Assembly (NCBI GenBank): GCA_964016885.1 | Contig: OZ024754.1 | Span: 21,824,001 to 21,888,000 of the forward strand | Length of the DNA: 64,000 nucleotides | Origin: Eledone cirrhosa | Lineage: Eukaryota | Direction: 5' to 3' | Shown: one piece after another, positions 60,166-64,000 of the stretch | How the letters are laid out: the number at the start of each line of letters is the position of its first letter | How positions within the stretch are numbered: position 1 is the first letter of the stretch | The notes under the pieces: generated by a model | The model's input: only the letters and a program-made list of their open reading frames with translations | Told to the model about the DNA's origin: nothing | Database searches by the model: none | Position numbers and translations under genes: made by a program

Positions 60166-60940
60166 GGCATCCTGGGTTATGTCGGCTTACCCCACGGGGC
60201 ATATATAGTCAATAGGGTATGGTGTCTGATCCCTTGAATCCATTTTGCTGCTCTGGCCGGCCTGCGCTTCTCCGCATGCCTTTAGCCTGGGCTGCCCGGT
60301 GTATTCCATGTGGAGAGTGTGCAGCTTCTCTGGTGTCTGCACGTCATAATTATTTCCGATTTCAGGTTGATCGCATCATCCTTCAGTCTGACTATCTCCA
60401 TAGCCTACACTTTCTATTTCCAGCCGAATATCGTTTCTATTTCCAGCCGAACGATATTCGGCTGGAAATAGAAAGTGTAGGCTATGCCTATCCGAGCAGA
60501 TATTCGATAAACACGCGCCTCGTTACAACCAGGCCCCCCTCAAGCGAACTGGCTTTCGGGAGGAAATCTCCTTTTATCCAGCTTCCCTTAGCGGAACCAG
60601 CAGGCGACGCTGCCGCTCACGCCACGTAACGTGGTTCAACCCTCCCCACAATGCTGAGGTGGCAACACCTATCGGGAAAATCTTCTTTAGGCTCATCGAA
60701 AAACACTTCCCACCACAACACTGCTTCCACAACATAATCAACAAAAACACTATCGAACTCTCCTACAGCACCACATCCCACTTCGCACAAAACATCGCCT
60801 CAAACAACAAGAAACTCAACCCCTACGGAAGAAACAACCTAGACATTAGTGGAGAGCTGACCAGGAGGTGTAACTGCCCTGATAGATTTACGTGCCCCTC
60901 AACAACATGCCGAGAACGTAATCTACCAATGCAAGTGAAA
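60166..60940. mobile_element. Rearranged Penelope-like fragment: endonuclease C-terminus and 3' end on the minus strand (60166-60405), thumb/linker on the plus strand (60487-60940)
   Basis: Minus: AMEIVRLKDDAINLKSEIIMTCRHQR. Plus: IFDKHAPRYNQA..RHVTWFNPPHNAEVATPIGKIFFRLIEKHFPP..INKNTIELSYST..CNCPDRFTCP. Confidence 0.85.
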
Positions 60941-61043
60941 ATCATACCTTATCAGTTGAATATTCCCTGACTACCCAGGGAATATCCAACTGATAAGGTA
61001 TGATTATCCTTGGCTATGTCAAAATTTATAAAACACTCTTTGT

Positions 61044-61102
61044 ATTTTATCTGATAAAAGCGTACCAAAGTTTTTTGTTACCCTTGAAATATATAATAGA
61101 AT
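61044..61102 (+). ncRNA. Degenerate hammerhead (G8A) in a pseudo-LTR related to 45657-45760
   Basis: ATTTTAT-CTGATAA-AAG..CTT-GAAAT AT ATA-ATAGAAT. Confidence 0.5.
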
Positions 61103-61261
61103 AAATATGGTCTTATAAATATAGTTTCCATTTATTTAATATCATTGAATACTTACTCCAGAAATCTGTCGAGTGCTTTTCTGAATCAGTTATAAACATT
61201 TATATTTGTTGGATTTCCAACAAATTAAATATCCCTTCTACTTATTATATATATATTTTAT

Positions 61262-61685
61262 ATATCTTCGTTTTTTCTGTTCATCGCCAGAGAACGTCTC
61301 CATGAACCACCTAATAGAATATTAGTCTACAACTTCATTTATACCATAAACGTGGTTTTGTCTTTGCGTGCAATTGTTTTCACTGCTCCAAATAATAACG
61401 TATTATCTTTGTTTTTTTCCCGTTCTTTGCCAGGGAACGTTTCCACGAACCAAAGTATCGTCTTCCTGTCTTCCTCTGGTTGCAACGTTTTTTGAAATAT
61501 TTACTTTTGCGTTCACAGATTGACTCTTTTAGTTTCAGAAGATCCCGTTAAGGATGAAAGCAGCGATTCTTTGCTTAAACTTTAATCTGTTATTTTAATA
61601 AATATTTGTTCTACGGTTCTTATATATTTGATATATATTTATCCTTATCGGGCCCTCTTTGGATTTTAGTCTTCAAATTTATTAT

Positions 61686-61689
<4 letters not shown>
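61262..61689 (+). mobile_element. Solo PLE pseudo-LTR (reverse complement of 32339-32760)
   Basis: Direct similarity along its whole length. Confidence 0.82.
61531..61581 (+). ncRNA. Atypical hammerhead-like motif (CAGAAGA core, CUU triplet)
   Basis: AGTTT-CAGAAGA-TCCCGTTAAGGAT-GAA AGCA GCGATTCTT TGCT T-AAACT. Confidence 0.58.
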
Positions 61690-61716
<27 letters not shown>

Positions 61717-61737
61717 ATCTATATGTATAATGTATAA

Positions 61738-62880
61738 TCTATATATATAAAACTGAGGATGTCTGTCTGTGTGTTTGAATCCCTAAAACTTGAGAAGTAC
61801 CCAACCGATTTTTTTCAAATTTTACATGTGTATTACTTATGTTTCAGGGAATGTTATGCACATAAACAAATTGAATTTTTTGATCCCCTAGGGCCCGCAT
61901 TGGTGAAAAACTGCGTTTTTTCAGCATTTTAGGCGTTGTGTCAGACCGATTTCCTTGAAATTGTAACTATGTATTAGTCAGTCTCTTCTTCATACCGTGA
62001 GCAAAGAAAATCCAACTCTTTTATGGCCCAGGGCCCGCATTGAGTGAAAAACCTCATATTTTCAGCTTTTTAGGGTCTTTTTTTGAGGCGTTAAGTCTAA
62101 CCGATTTTCCCGAAATTTCAAGGCATATTATTGATATATATAAAACTGAGGATGTCTGTGTGTGTGTGAGTTTGAATCCCTAAAACTCAAGAAGCACCCA
62201 ACCGACTGTTTTCAAACTTTACACATGTAATACTTATGTTTCAGGGAGTGTTCTGAGCAAAATAAATTTCAAATTTTCAATGCCCTAGGGACCGCATTAG
62301 GCGATTTAGCGATCTCTCTCTATAATTCTTAGTCTTTCTCTTTTTAGATAGATACATACATATAACGTCGCGCCCTTATAATATCTGTCTGTATGTCTGC
62401 TGTCTGCATTACATCACTTCCCTGAGGATGTGTGTGTGTCTGTGAGTTTGAATCCCTAAATCTCGAGAAGTACCCAACCAACTTTTTTCAAACTTTACAT
62501 GTGTATTACTTATGTTTCAGAGAGTGTTATGCGCATAAACAAATTCAACTTTTTCATCCTCTAGGGCGCGCATTAGTTGAAAAACTGCGTTTTTTCAGGT
62601 TTTTAGGGGTTTTTTGAGGCATTACGTCAGACTGGTTTCCTTGAAATTGTAACTATGTATTAGTCAGTCTCTTCTTCATACCGTGAGCAAAGAAAATCCA
62701 ATTCCTTTATGGCCCAGGGCCCGCATTAGGTGGAAAACTTCATTTTTTCAGCTTTTTAGGGCTTTTTTGAGGCGTTACGTCTAGACAATTTTCCCGAAAT
62801 TTCAAGGCATATTATGCACATTAAAAAAATCCATTTTCTTGATCCTCTAGGGCCTGTATTAGGTGAACACCTGCATTTTT
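61738..62880 (+). mobile_element. Non-autonomous Helitron-like element with tandemly repeated 5' units
   Basis: Starts A|TCTATATATATAAAA. The unit ctgaggatgtctg..gaatccctaaaac..caaccgattt recurs at about 61753, 62146 and 62422. No 3' hairpin-CTAG end was found. Confidence 0.62.
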
Positions 62881-62949
62881 CCTGCTTCATCGAGGAAAAT
62901 CTTAAAGATTATCCAGCCATCAGAGTATTCGGTTTATTTTCTTTACATA

Positions 62950-64000
62950 TTGTCCAGGCATGCAATTTTTCCACGATTAGGTCTGTTGGCGGCCTGCGTT
63001 CCAAAATACCTTATCCCGTGCAACATGCCTCTATCTCCCCCATATTTCTTAAACAAGGCCCTTATCTTAGCTAGGTCTAACACTAGCTGCACTAAAAAAG
63101 AGATATAGTACTAGCTGCGCGTAGAACTATTATCCAGTGTTCGAGGGCTCCCTTTGGATCAGAACCAACCGTCCTGATAACTTCGATATCACCTTGGGGT
63201 CCAGTGATTCAGCGCAAGTGACCGACCTGGTTGGAATATATAACCTCCATAGACTTAGGGACGAGATACCGGTCCTACAAGGAGGTGTATATAGGGACGA
63301 CGCCCTATTTACCGTTAGAAATCATAGCCCCCGCAGGATAGAGAACCTTAACAAGCGCATACACAGGTTCTTCAAGTCATACGGCCTATCCGTGACTATA
63401 GACCTCAACCACCAGATAGTGAACTTCCTGGACGTGACCCTGGAGTTGGGTATGCGCCTATACAAGCCATACCATAAGCCCGGTGAGATTCTATCATATA
63501 TTAATCATGCATCCAACCACCCTAAGTCTACTCTCAACTCCATAGTATATAGCATATCCCATAGGATCTCGAGGCTCTCCTCCAATGAGAATATCTTCAA
63601 CCAAGCGGCTGACTACTACAATGCCGGATTTAGCCGAAGAATCTCCTACATCCTTAACGCTAACTCTAGAAACCATCCCCATCATCGGACTAATGTTACA
63701 GTAAGCCATACCTATAACCGAGTATGCAGCGGCCAAAGCAGAGTCAATAACTATAGTATAGAGAATCGCACTAGGAAACACGGTCGTACCGGTAACTACA
63801 CGAGTGGTGGTGTAGAAGACCTACCGCATAATAAGGGTCTCGGTACAGGCAACGTTAGCTGCTGTAGACTACTAGAATTATTCCCTTACTATAAGATTAA
63901 CAATAGCGATGGCTTATTACCTACACCCTCCAACTAGCGTTTAGCTACACGTAAACGTAACGGAAGGAAGGCGAGTGCACCCGAGCATAAAGCAAAGGGG
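62950..64000 (+). mobile_element. Penelope-like RT fragment (ORF 63137-63937), decayed
   Basis: FDITLGSSDSAQVTDLVGIY..GGVYRDDAL..VNFLDVTLEL..YKPYHKP..YINHASNHP..ISRLSSNENIF. Confidence 0.92.

Noticed and set aside
60985-61020. CTGATAA-GGTATGATTATCC as a hammerhead start within the fold-back arm
   Set aside because: It has G8A and no following GAAA; too degenerate to call.

Overview
Eukaryotic, gene-free, repeat-saturated window. The repeat families (RTE LINEs with (GAT)n tails, tRNA-derived SINEs, very long (AT)n tracts) look like a coleoid cephalopod or octopus genome; this is inference. Bases 1-23392 are a 19/21-bp satellite, and every ORF there is an artefact. A 200-N gap follows. The rest is a mosaic of (AT)n tracts and decayed transposons: four Penelope-like (PLE) fragments with their pseudo-LTRs, two RTE families plus a third LINE fragment, a SINE sharing its 3' end with one RTE, a Helitron deletion derivative with both termini, a second Helitron-like tandem element, and a Gypsy LTR element (5' LTR, PBS, gag, -1 slippery site, pol). 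The most notable signal is non-coding: about ten type-I hammerhead ribozyme motifs from at least five sequence families within about 36 kb. Several are atypical (U17 cleavage triplets, a U4A core conserved in three copies, a stem II of over 100 nt). One sits in a 470-bp retrozyme-like tandem unit, and many lie in or beside fold-back palindromes. All folds were done by eye; nothing was computed or searched.
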